64,000 bases of DNA, taken from Acanthaster planci (lineage: Eukaryota). The notes beneath the pieces were generated by a model that ran no database searches, was not told where the DNA came from, and saw only the letters and a program-made list of their open reading frames with translations. Every line of letters begins with the position of its first letter. Position 1 is the stretch's first letter. Positions 53,601 to 64,000 of the stretch are shown here, one piece after another. The stretch spans positions 2,487,838 through 2,551,837 of the forward strand of contig NW_019091362.1 of assembly GCF_001949145.1 (NCBI RefSeq). Direction: 5' to 3'. Made by a program: the position numbers and the translations under genes.

Positions 53601-56185
53601 TGTTTCTTGCAACTACATGTACCACAGAGAAATGGGCGAAGCAGCATTAAAACAACTGATAAAATGTCAGATGTTGCAATCAGACAGGCCTGCCTCGGTA
53701 AACTGACAGGTGAAATGGCCTACACATTAGACACTGACATAACATAGGAGCACAAAAGGTTACAGTTCGGTGAATAGAAACAAGCAAGGAGTAAATCCTT
53801 CCCTTTGGGGCAGGTCGGCTGAAGGCTTCTCTCCAACGACCAGCCGATGAGCAGATCCACAGCTGGCAAATGCGGAGCCCGGGAGAGTCCCCAAATCGAA
53901 ACCGACAGGAGCAATGATCCCAGTGGCCTGAATCCTGCACTCGGCATGCATCCTCATTGTGAAGAAATTGCTCGTAAATTACTGCACTAAATTTAGCAGA
54001 TAGTGGAAAGTCAAAGCAGAGGTAATGGATATGGTGGGGATATCAGATTAGAGTCAAGAGGCCAATGTCATTTCAACAGAAGAGATTGATGGCCCTACTT
54101 CTTTTTTTTTCAATACAAAAAGTTAAGTCAACAAAACAAAGATTTTGGCTTAATTTTAACAAAAAAAATTTAAATTCAAAAGAAAAATTTAAATTTCTTC
54201 TACAGTACATTTACAGTGGCACAGCGACAAATTGAACTTCAACAAAAGTTCCAGAAGTCACTCAGTTTGAAAGAAAATAACTGGAAAACAACTATAACAA
54301 CTTGATATAACAACTTGAGAGCTGCTATGGTGTTTCATCAAACTGGACACTGCATGAAATCCAGTTTGTTTTACCTGATGTGCAATCTGATCATAAAGTG
54401 AACCAATATTTTTTTGGGGGGAGGCATATCTACATTAACTGACACATATGTAAGCATCTTTTTGAATATTTGTTCATGTCTAAATGTCACGGCACATGAG
54501 CTAAACTTCACAACAATCAACAACCAGCATGGAAACCTTTGTAATTTGTTTTATCCCTTCATCCCTGAAGCTTCAAAGAAGACCAAACCACTGCATAAAA
54601 ATCAGCTCTCATTAGCATAAAATAAAGACACTCCTAAGACTACTCAATGGAAAAGTACAGGTTTTGTGGAGACTTGGTCTGACTATTGTAACAATACAAT
54701 GTAGCTGTACTCATATTTTATTATAATTAGCACCAAAAGCTTTGGGGGAGGGGAGGAGCAAGACCCCTGCTGGTTTGCTTGTTCAGATCCAACCAGCCAC
54801 TGGGTTATTTAACCACATCAGTTTATGATAACACCAGTCAAAATTCTGCAAGATACTCATTACAACCCATGCAATTTTGTCTGGAAATTTCCTGACAGGC
54901 TTTCAATTCTCTGCATCAAATTTTGCAACTCAAAGAGTCTCAGCAGTGCATAACATAACACGTCCCATGCTTCCTGACTGGAATGTCTGCAGGGGTTCAC
55001 TACACTCCTATACTTTGCATGCCATTATTTACTGATCCAAAAGTACACAGAGAACCAGGTGATACTCAATCTACCATTCTTTTAGACATCTATCAACGAC
55101 AAAAAATGTCTCATCTAAAATTCAGGATCTTGACGGCATTAATTCTTGCCCGCACAGGGCTGCATAATTCAATTGTGCGAGCCAACTGAGGGAGAATAAA
55201 AATGGCTGCTGCTGAACGTTGCTACAGAGGGGAACTGTTGTCACACAGACTGACTGATCCTCACCGACACCTCGCTGTCGATCAGGCAGAGAGTGAGCTC
55301 AAATTGAGTGGAATGCCTGTCCGCTCCCTATTAGGCAAAAAAAAGTGCCCGGACCATTTTAGATTTTACTATCCTCACCTGCTGGGAGGGCATAATTTGG
55401 CCCAAAATATCATTAAAGGAGACAGTCATCGTCCTAGTGATGCCGCAAGAGTTCAGCACGGTTTCTATCCAAACACATCACCACATTGTTATTTCAACTC
55501 CCCAGAAGCTTTTCACATAATGTGAAAAACAATAAAGGGAAAGTTAATATTATAGTAATATTTGAGATAAGTTAAAATAAATGAAATTTAATGGGTTTTG
55601 TATAAAAAGGACAGAATTAAAGGTGTGGGACTTCTGCGAAGAGAGAAAGAGTCTCTTTTGGCATTATTGGGTTTAGGGAATATCAACCTACCTACCTACA
55701 TGTATTTATCAACCTAAATCTGCAGCTCAGTCAGAAAATGTATAATTCGTGGCCATTATTGATGGGTTGCCCATCATGCTGTGCTCACACAATTTTGCTG
55801 TGGTTTTTCTCAGGAAAAACTTGATATTATTAGTAAATGTACCTCAAGCAAAACAGCAAATGAAAATTACAAACTAGGCTTGTCCATGTTACTGTGTTTC
55901 CTTGAGGGGTTGAAATCTCAATTCTCTACTGCAACCAAATCCTTATTACAAGCAGGTAAAGGCAGTATCATTTGATATGTATTGCCTTTAGCCATACATG
56001 AGGAAAAATAATAAAATCTGCTTGTTGTTATTAAATGGACAGGGTTTTCATGACAATGGCTTCTTCAATATTCAACAGAGCCATTGGCCAATGGTATCAA
56101 ACTATTGGGTCAAAGGCAACTTCAAGCATGGAGGAATAAAGCATGCCCACATCAATACAAATGCCTACGTCATCAGGATCATGAT

Positions 56186-57274
56186 CAGTGCTCGAATTTG
56201 ACCATGGCCACCGCTGCCATGGTGGTCAGTGCCCTTACAAATTGGCCACGGTACCCTGAAAGTTTCCACTTTGTCCACGGCCAAAGCTGGCCATGTGCCC
56301 CATTCTTCCAGGAAGAACTGCCCCTTGAAACAATACCCTATGCATAATTCCCTTCAAGTTTCCGATTTTACAATCATGTGAATGTATTTTGTGTTACCAT
56401 TCTACTGGGACACGATTATCTTCATGCCAAGCGGGTGCACAGCCTGGCCAGGCAAGCTAGCAGACCTGGCGTGCTGCAAGTCAGCGCTGTACGTACAGCT
56501 TGAAGTTTGCCTGCTCTGTAATTCGCTTCAATTTACAATACATAAATGTACATGTATTTCATTCTGTAGCCCAATGTTTGGTGGACGATTATTTGCTGCA
56601 GGCATGTGCGGCGGGTGCATGGGGCTAGCAAACCTAGCTCGGCATAATGTGCAGCAACCCGGATGGCATATGCGTAGATAGGCTTAAGCTGTACCACAGA
56701 CGGGCCTCCACAGCTAGGTCTTTTGTCCCTCTAGTTTCGGATCACGTATGTACGCGTGCAGCAGACTCAACTACACGTGCGTAACTTATTCTTAAGTGAC
56801 GTAAAGAGTCGGTCAACTTTACGGGGCAGGGGAATGTGGTTGGTAAGATCGCGCTTTGCAGTAGAAAAAGATGCATCAAATTGAAACAAAACGTGGCTTT
56901 GTTTAATCTATGGTTTAAATCACTGGAATTTTGTATGAATCAGTTTTCTCTAAATTAAGAAATCCTTTGTCAGAAAATGTACCTGTTCCATGATGTAATA
57001 TGATGTTTTGTCACAAGAAATTTTGGGAGTGATTACTGGGTTATAAAACATTTAAATATAATAGCTCAAGTGCATTAACACCAATTTTCCGTTTTTCCAG
57101 TTTCTGAACTCATTTTGCAGAATATTTCACACCTTGGCCTCAGTGCCTTTCCTTAGTGGAAATTTTGGCCTTGTTGCTCCTGGCCATGCATTACTGGCCA
57201 CAGTGCCCCTTAAAATGTCACATTTCTTGAGGCCAAAATGGCATTGCCCCCCAAAAGTCGAAATTTGAGCCCTG
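56186..57274. mobile_element. Non-autonomous DNA transposon (~1.09 kb), CAG(G/T)G termini, apparent 6-bp TSD
   Basis: TIRs cagtgctcgaattt / aaatttgagccctg. catgat lies directly on both sides (56180-56185, 57275-57280). tggcc..gtgccc subterminal motifs at both ends. Interior is CpG-richer than the flanking intron. Confidence 0.7.
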
Positions 57275-57480
57275 CATGATGGATGTCAGCTGTAATTTTG
57301 TAATGCTAAGGTTTTGTGCATAGCAACTAACTGTCAAGTAAAACTGATTCATTTACAAAGTTATCAAAATGATTACCACCACTAATGTGGGGCCACTGCA
57401 AAATGACTGGTAACTGTGTTACCATGGTCACCCTGAATTTGGTTTTTGTTTGGTATTAAATAGTAAGAGTAGTGGTAACA

Positions 57481-57582
57481 GTTATGGTTATGAGTTCTAG
57501 TGGTTATGGTTATGAGTTCTAGTGGTTATGGTTATGAGTTCTAGTGGTTATGGTTATGAGTTCTAGTGGTTATGGTTATGGT
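57481..57582. repeat. Minisatellite, 22-bp unit gttatggttatgagttctagtg, 4 perfect copies plus a partial copy
   Basis: Direct reading: units start at 57481, 57503, 57525, 57547 and 57569 (partial). Confidence 0.95.
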
Positions 57583-59000
57583 TTGCTTTGCTTTTCAATG
57601 GAACTACTGTATGTATTCATGTTTTAATTCCCAAAACATTGTATTTCTCTGCTTGCACCAAACCTTACATCAAGCAATGTCTCTCTTTATAATTGCCTTT
57701 TCTGTTATTTTCTTCCATCGCTTCTCCAAATACATCCAAACAAAAAGGTTGCCCTGAATTACTTGATAAAATGACTGTACCTGGAGCCAGGAAATTACAA
57801 ACTAAAACATCTGAAAAAGCCAGCAAACCAGATGTAAGTCACATTTAACCCACAACGGCACTCTGTAAAGTGTCTCTCAAATAAATCACTGAACATTCCC
57901 ATGTAATCACTAAGTACTTAGTTCTTAAATGCTGCTATTGAATTACACTTGTCTCTCAGTCAAAATCCCACAAAAGATGACAGGGAAAACCATCATACTC
58001 TGAGCAATTCCTGGGTGGAAGAGCAGCAGAAATTTCAGTCAGGACAGCTACCAGTTGTTATTGTACCAACAAATTTGGTGTGCTCTCGGGCAATAAAAAG
58101 GCGATGACGGGGAATGGAGGTAATGTGATAACCGGGCTCCAGGATCCAATGTCAGGTATGAATGGCAGCTGCTTATCATAATGGCTCAGCAAGAATGGCT
58201 GGCCTTAATGAGCATGCTCAGCAGGGGAAAAAAAGAATTCGCCTGAATATACACAACATAACTTGCATAACAAATTGTATTTTGCAATCAGAGAAAGTGA
58301 TGTCTCGATTAGGATGTACTTTGGCTTCTGAAGCTCATTATGTAACGACATGAAATGCATTTATACATGTAACAGGCATTTAGTATTTACAGTCATTTAC
58401 AGAAGGTTTTAAGTTGTGTCCATTTGTTGTTTTTGTTGTCTTTTGCTTTCCATATTCTAACATTATCGCCTATTTGTTTGTTTCTCTTTAAACTCAGTAT
58501 TCATCACTAACCTAATGAAACAAAGGGGTCTAGGATTTACCATACCCGTATTTAAAAGAATTGGTTATTTAAAGCCCTTGACAGAAACAACTGGATCCAG
58601 TTCCCAGAACCGCATAACTCACGAAAGAGATTAACTTCCATGGTGTTATTGCAAACCTTCCACACTTTGTTCATTTGTCCACCATGCACACGTATGAGTC
58701 TAATTCAAGCTGAACGCATTTAGCATTTGCATACAATCCACTTGCCATCTGCAATTCACGAAGGCTTATTTATATGAAAACATGCACTTCATGTATCACA
58801 GAGACAGTCAATCTGAAGTAAACCCTCCTGTTCTGCCACTTCCAAGTGAGCCCTCTACAGTTCAAAGATGCTTAGTCTCTGACTCACTGAAGATTGTATT
58901 TGTCACAGCCGGTCATGCCATTTTATGCTTACACGTACGTCTGCACCACTTATTAAAATTCAACACACCGCACCAGTATGCCGGGCAGAAAATAAGGAGA

Positions 59001-59016
59001 CTGCCCTCTTGTGGCA
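59001..59016 (-). promoter_or_regulatory. CTCF-like motif
   Basis: Minus strand tgCCACAAGAGGGCAG, with the same core and orientation as the 19101 site. Confidence 0.4.
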
Positions 59017-59549
59017 AAGCCACTCTCAACTGTCTCTCACAGGCCAAGCCTTCCTGGGATGACCGGCCTGTGAAATCTAGCACTCCATTTTCTTTTAATT
59101 GTTCACAATTAAGAAGTACACCGGTACCAGTACTTCACCATTCTGTCTGTTTTGCATGGCAATCACCCTTCCTCATTCCTTCCTCTCAAATGTCGTAATA
59201 AAGTGCTGAGATCAGCACATCGTTTTCATTAATTTTCAGGGAAGAAGCGCACACATTGCAATGTTTGTGGACTGCTCTCAATCGACATATGCACGTGTAT
59301 TCAGCAGGCACATGTCATGTGCAAAAGGCAACCTGACCCATGTTATTGTTCAAGCAAATACTACCCAACGAAGACTCAAAAGGATCTGTCATGCTTTCAA
59401 AATCAGCCAATCCCAGCACCCCCTTTGCAAAGTGCATACAATCAGCTGTAAAAGGGCTACCTTGTAAAAAAATGAGAAGCCCACAGGAACGACAAGACCC
59501 ATACTTCAGACTTCGTAGGATGAAATGATTGAGAGATATGACCACTTAC

Positions 59550-59602
59550 CATCTGATTTGCAGTGCGAGGGCCTGGGTTGATATCCGCCACCTTTTCATC
59601 AA
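59550..59602 (-). CDS. NAV2: NAV coding exon, 53 nt, CH domain: (I)DEKVADINPGPRTANQM
   Basis: Acceptor aatttcag|TT, donor ATG|gtaagt, phase 1 to 0. Resembles vertebrate NAV 'NEKIEDINGCPKNRSQM' (recalled). Confidence 0.92.
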
Positions 59603-60168
59603 CTGAAATTGTAGAGAACCAAAGAACAAGTTAGGCTGGCGGACCAAACTTAACCAAGCTCACCCAAGATAGCGTGAGGCATCGACCCCTCACATCAATG
59701 TGGTATGAAAAGTCAGTGATGAAATAACTTACGCTGCTTCCAAGGATAAGGGGCAAAGCCGACTGAATTACAGATTGAGTCACTTGGCAAAGGCTGAAAT
59801 GGTGGAGCTCTTAGGTGAAACCCCGCCTACATGTACCTTCACCATATTTGACTCAGGGATCTATATATTTCTACCATTGGACTCGGTCAAAAAGAGCTTA
59901 CTACAAGATTTTTTGTCCACATGTAAAGCCTTTTTAAATGTTGGAAATCTGGCAGAGTTGAAGAGTGTGCAGAAAAGAACTGTGTCTTAAAAAGGAAACA
60001 AAGTGTCTGATTTGGCCACATCACTCTCATAGACGATACATGTGGCTTACTTCCAGGACCTCCGTTATTTATTGCATTTGTTTCTAACACTCTCAACCAC
60101 TTATGCACAGATCTCCATTTTTTCAAAAGCCCCTCCCATTTTAACCATATTTGGCTTTGAATACTTAC

Positions 60169-60286
60169 TGACTGCCTCTATCACTTGGGCAAGGAGCACC
60201 CCATTGGTGATGTCCACCTGAAGATCCGCAATGAGATTCTTGCGCCCTGCCTTCTCCAAAAAGTGATTAGCCCAGTCAGTGTAGAT
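60169..60286 (-). CDS. NAV2: NAV coding exon, 118 nt, start of CH domain: IYTDWANHFLEKAGRKNLIADLQVDITNGVLLAQVIEAV
   Basis: Acceptor tttttcttcag|ATC, donor GTCA|gtaagt, phase 0 to 1. IYTDWAN is the diagnostic start of the NAV/UNC-53 CH domain. Confidence 0.95.
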
Positions 60287-61842
60287 CTGAAGAAAAAGGA
60301 AAAACAGAGAGAATGGTCCAAATTAAAATAATCAAAATAATTCATATTGAAGCTCATTTCTAAAATTCCCAATGCCTGGAGAAGTTCACTTATAACTGCT
60401 GCAGAAAGTTTGCAGTGGGATTTCACATGCAGTCAATGGCTCGACTGTACATTGCAAGCTGTGTTTGTCTCTTACTTAAACATAAAGTGAGCCCTCATGT
60501 GGCAATGAGCGAACTGTCTAAGACATGAAAGCTCCTTCACTCAATCAATTTTCTGCATCCTCCTGATGCCAAGACCGAGGGGAGCTCCAGAGAAACTGGG
60601 ATTAATTGGACAGAACCAGGTTGGCTTCCACATCACACACTTTCACACGGCTGCGTCTGAATCCCTTGGCTATGGCTGAAAAAAGCACATGTATCTAGTA
60701 AGGCCGCCAGCTAGCTGCTTCATGTGTTTTCCACAGACAAGTCAGTTGGGCACCGAATGCTTATAGAACCCTTCAAAATGATGGTATGCCAGAAAGAATC
60801 ATCTCCAGTGCTGGATTCAGGAGGTGGTTCTGGGGACTAAACAAGTTTTCCTCCCCAGCTCACCTCCCAAATTTGTGCTGTCATACCCCTTACCCTCTCC
60901 CTTCCCGAACCCCTGCTCAGTGCAAACTGTGGTTCCAGACTGCCCAGTTTGGTGCCTGCTGATGATGAGAAATGCCACTGTTTGGCAACATCTCATTCTG
61001 GGTTGCACCAAAATGTCTTCATGTACTACTTCATTCCTCTCTCTTCAGCTTCTGGATTAACCCTCAATTACATAGGTGTTTCTTACAGGTCTAGCAATTT
61101 ATCTTCGGGTCATGTTTTCCCTCACTTTAAACAGCACGTTTATGGGTAATTGAACATCTTTAACACAGCCTCAAATATTTGTGAGTCATAGCTACGGACA
61201 AAGAAGGGACAAGACAGAAAAATGGATTCCCAAATGGGGCTTGTCAAGATGCTTAGAGTATCATGGACGACAAAATGACAAAATTATGGATGGGCCCACT
61301 TGGTCAGGGATGGGGGGGGAGGAAGAAATAGAAAGAGATAGAAAGATGGGATTCTTCAACCTAATTGCCTAGGAAGATGGAGGATGGATAGATAATGCAA
61401 TTGAATGGTCTGCATAGTGGAAAGCAAACAAAAAAAAGAAGGTGCACTGTAAAGGACTTTTGATAAAGAGGAAGTGTGCTTTCGCATAAACAGCTGCCCT
61501 TTTCACAACCACAATTCTTGTCTTCAAAACAGAATTGGAAAGATGACAAATATGCAGAGATGCTGCAGATACAGAAAAAAACAAGGACAATTTTGGGGTA
61601 ACAGATCCATGTCTGTTTCTTTGTAATCCCAACCCTTAAACCCCTGAGCAAAATGACGCTGCATGAGCACTATTCATCGATTTCCATGTAGGAATCAGCA
61701 CGTATGACAAAGGAAGTTCTATAAGAATCATTTATCTGCTCCCAGCTTGCCTGGTTCCCTGCCATCTAGTATAATTCATAATTGGAAAGGAAGAGGCAGG
61801 GAAGCAATCAAGAAAAGAGCCCTTCCCACCCCTGCTGAACAT

Positions 61843-62056
61843 CAGGGGTATAGCCACGTGGGAAGGGGTCATGTCCCCCCCCCCATTCCTGGTGCCCACC
61901 TCCCACTGTAAAAAAAACCAATGAATGGATAAAGAACAAGGCTAAGGAAAACTTGCCCCCAAAAAATCATACCACTGAAAGTTGGTGTCCCCCCCCCAAA
62001 TAAGATGCTGGTGTCCCCTTGTGCCCCCCACTTATAAAATCCTAGCTACGCCACTG
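61843..62056. mobile_element. hAT-like MITE
   Basis: TIRs caggggtatagc / gctacgccactg. Flanks ctgaacat (61835-61842) and ttgaacat (62057-62064) form a 7/8 matching 8-bp TSD. Internal poly-C tracts. Confidence 0.75.
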
Positions 62057-64000
62057 TTGAACATGTCAATATACAGGCATACCAATATGCATTTAAGGAG
62101 ATCACTGCCTAGTGGCTGTAGCAACTTCCCATATGGTATGTGTTACTCCAGGTCACAGCCAGTTGAATTGAACAAAGCCTTAGCCACTTCAATGAAAGAT
62201 CACTGCACACCAGGGAAATTCTGTTGCATATTTTTCAGCCCAGAGGGCCTGACCACAGCTAGCTCATATCCCCAAAGTTCCTTCAAATTAATGTGAATAT
62301 CACCACACCCTAAGTAGATCCATGCATCTTCAAAGCACTCCTCCATCTTCTGTAAATAGTGTTAGGTTCTTCTCATTTGCCTCGGCTTTGGAGTTTTTGG
62401 GAGAGAGGGATCTTTCTCTTCCCATTCATCCAGTACTGCCTCAAGATTTACAGCCAGCATGAGCAAACCTGGGTGAGTGTTAGTACAGTAAACTCAAGCA
62501 AGTCCTAGAGAAAGCTGGAGTGCCGGGATAAGATGACAGCAAACAGGCCAGGCCCGAGACTGAACAAATGCCACGAGAGGGACGAAAAGTGCAAAATCAA
62601 TGGCATGGTTTGAGGGCTGTCAAAGATTGGTCAGGATACAGCTGGAAGCCAGATGGGTTAGTTGATGTACTCACTTTAGTTCCATCACAATTTTTTCTCA
62701 CAAAAAAGAGGGAGAAATTATGAAGGGAGCATTCGTCTGGAATTGCTGGCATTTCCGGTAAAGCAGAAACATGAATACTAAGTCATATATCAACTCAGAT
62801 GCATTTTTAAATCATACAATCAAATAGGCCAAGTAAGACATTCAATCTTCACTCACCAAAAATTGTCTGTTTCCCAAGTGCACGTCAAATGAAATGTGAA
62901 GAGGTCCAGGGTTTTGAAGTGGCTTGATACCACTGTACAGACTTATATGGCAAAGAGCACCCAGTGGAATGATGCTCTTTAGTTTTATGAAATTGTTTTC
63001 AAACCAGAATACATGTTGAAATGTTTCACCTGCCTCACGTCTGCTGATGAGACAACGTCCGACAGTCTTCAACATCTCCAGCTATTCAATTCAATGGCTT
63101 GATAGGAAACACAAGATAACTTCATTTGCATTATTTCAGGCTTCCTCTGATGCAGACTCAACGCCTGCCATAGAAAGCTGTACAGGTGAACCAAATTTTT
63201 ATTTCAGCAGCATTTTTCGCTCAATCTTGTTTGTGCTACAGGGCACTCAAGCCATTCTTTGCCATTAGCTGGCAAGGGTTATCAAGGGGATAATAGTGAC
63301 GTCAGTACATGGAGACTTTACTTGAAACGTACCATACAATGTATAAGATCTGGCCATTATTATCGAGTGTGTAAGGAAATAATAAATTGTCTGAAAAGTG
63401 ACAGCAAAATCCTCTCAACCACAGCTGCACCAAAGGCACATGTGTAAAAGTATACACATGCATACCACTCAAACTGCCAGCTACAAAGTACTAAGAAGAA
63501 TACAAGCTATGGATATGTATGCAACAGTGATTTACTCATGATGTATCCTGTTCATCGGGTCTGGTCAAAGCCATCTTACAAGGCAGAGTGACAGGCAGAT
63601 GAAGTTGAAGTAGACAGAGGAAGAGTGGGGAGAACAGGATGCCTAGACTGATAGACAGAAACACAGAGGGTCTGGCCTGAGCTTCGGCAAAAGTCCCTAG
63701 GGATGGTGGAGGGAGGAAAAACCAAAAACCAGCAACCTGGGAGAGAGAGCCAGTGATGAAGCAGTCTGTGGTGTCCCATAACCCTTCAGTTGAAGAAAGA
63801 AAGGGTTACACACATGAAGCAATGTCAAATGTTTTTGGTCTTTGAATGAAAAAAGCCTGAAAAATCATGCAAACTTGCTGATAAACTGGGAATTGCTGGG
63901 AAAACCTGACAGAAGTGGTCAAGTCAAGCGACTAGTCCACATATCTTCAAATTTCCCAAGGTGGACAATTTTAACATCATAACGAGGAATCAGTGGTCCA

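Larger units (their letters stand above)
20559..60286 (-). other. NAV2: Neuron navigator (NAV/unc-53/sickie family) gene, partial: span of the seven coding exons seen in this window; the gene probably continues beyond both ends
   Basis: Spliced translation gives a CH domain (IYTDWANHFLEKAG...DLQVDITNGVLLAQVIEAV / IDEKVADINPGPRTANQM / IENIDKCLHCLSARGV / DIREGNLKAVLGLFFALSRFKQ) followed by NAV-specific motifs. Intron phases chain without frameshift (0-1-0-1-0-1-1-2). The symbol marks the family; an invertebrate would have a single NAV1/2/3 co-orthologue. Confidence 0.93.

Noticed and set aside
63044..63068. Hammerhead-like CTGATGA-gac-aac-gtc-cgaca-gtc
   Set aside because: No GAAA box and no stem I pairing; consistent with chance.
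63576..63779. 67-aa minus-strand ORF as the missing first NAV exon
   Set aside because: The nearby gtaag donor falls in phase 2 of this ORF, whereas the 60286 exon needs phase 0; no homology recognised.

Overview
Eukaryotic (metazoan, most likely invertebrate bilaterian) genomic DNA. Nearly all of the window is the 5' part of one large minus-strand gene, a Neuron navigator / unc-53 / sickie (NAV-family) orthologue. I traced seven coding exons by hand, all with GT-AG sites and consistent phases: 60169-60286, 59550-59602, 35580-35652, 30417-30742, 29720-29933, 25217-25378 and 20559-22917 (3305 nt, about 1101 codons). They encode the N-terminal calponin-homology domain, Q/S-rich low-complexity linkers and conserved NAV motifs (SMLxKLKFF, NTATVAPF, GYxSDGD..SGYMSEGG). 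I did not find the first exon or the downstream coiled-coil/AAA exons in the window. The rest is intronic and holds a decayed CR1/L2-type LINE fragment, tRNA-derived SINE remnants, several non-autonomous DNA transposons and a minisatellite. Main points for a second look: (i) a strong frame-preserving 15-nt microexon candidate (26386-26400), with a second cluster of overlapping splice signals (3-nt or 24-nt microexon, or recursive splice site) in the same intron; (ii) a 366-bp fold-back element built from four Penelope-type minimal hammerhead-ribozyme-like units (9165-9530); (iii) co-oriented CTCF-like motifs; (iv) a 2.36-kb giant coding exon. Most short ORFs in the supplied track are noise. 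No prokaryotic-type system (CRISPR, operon) is present.
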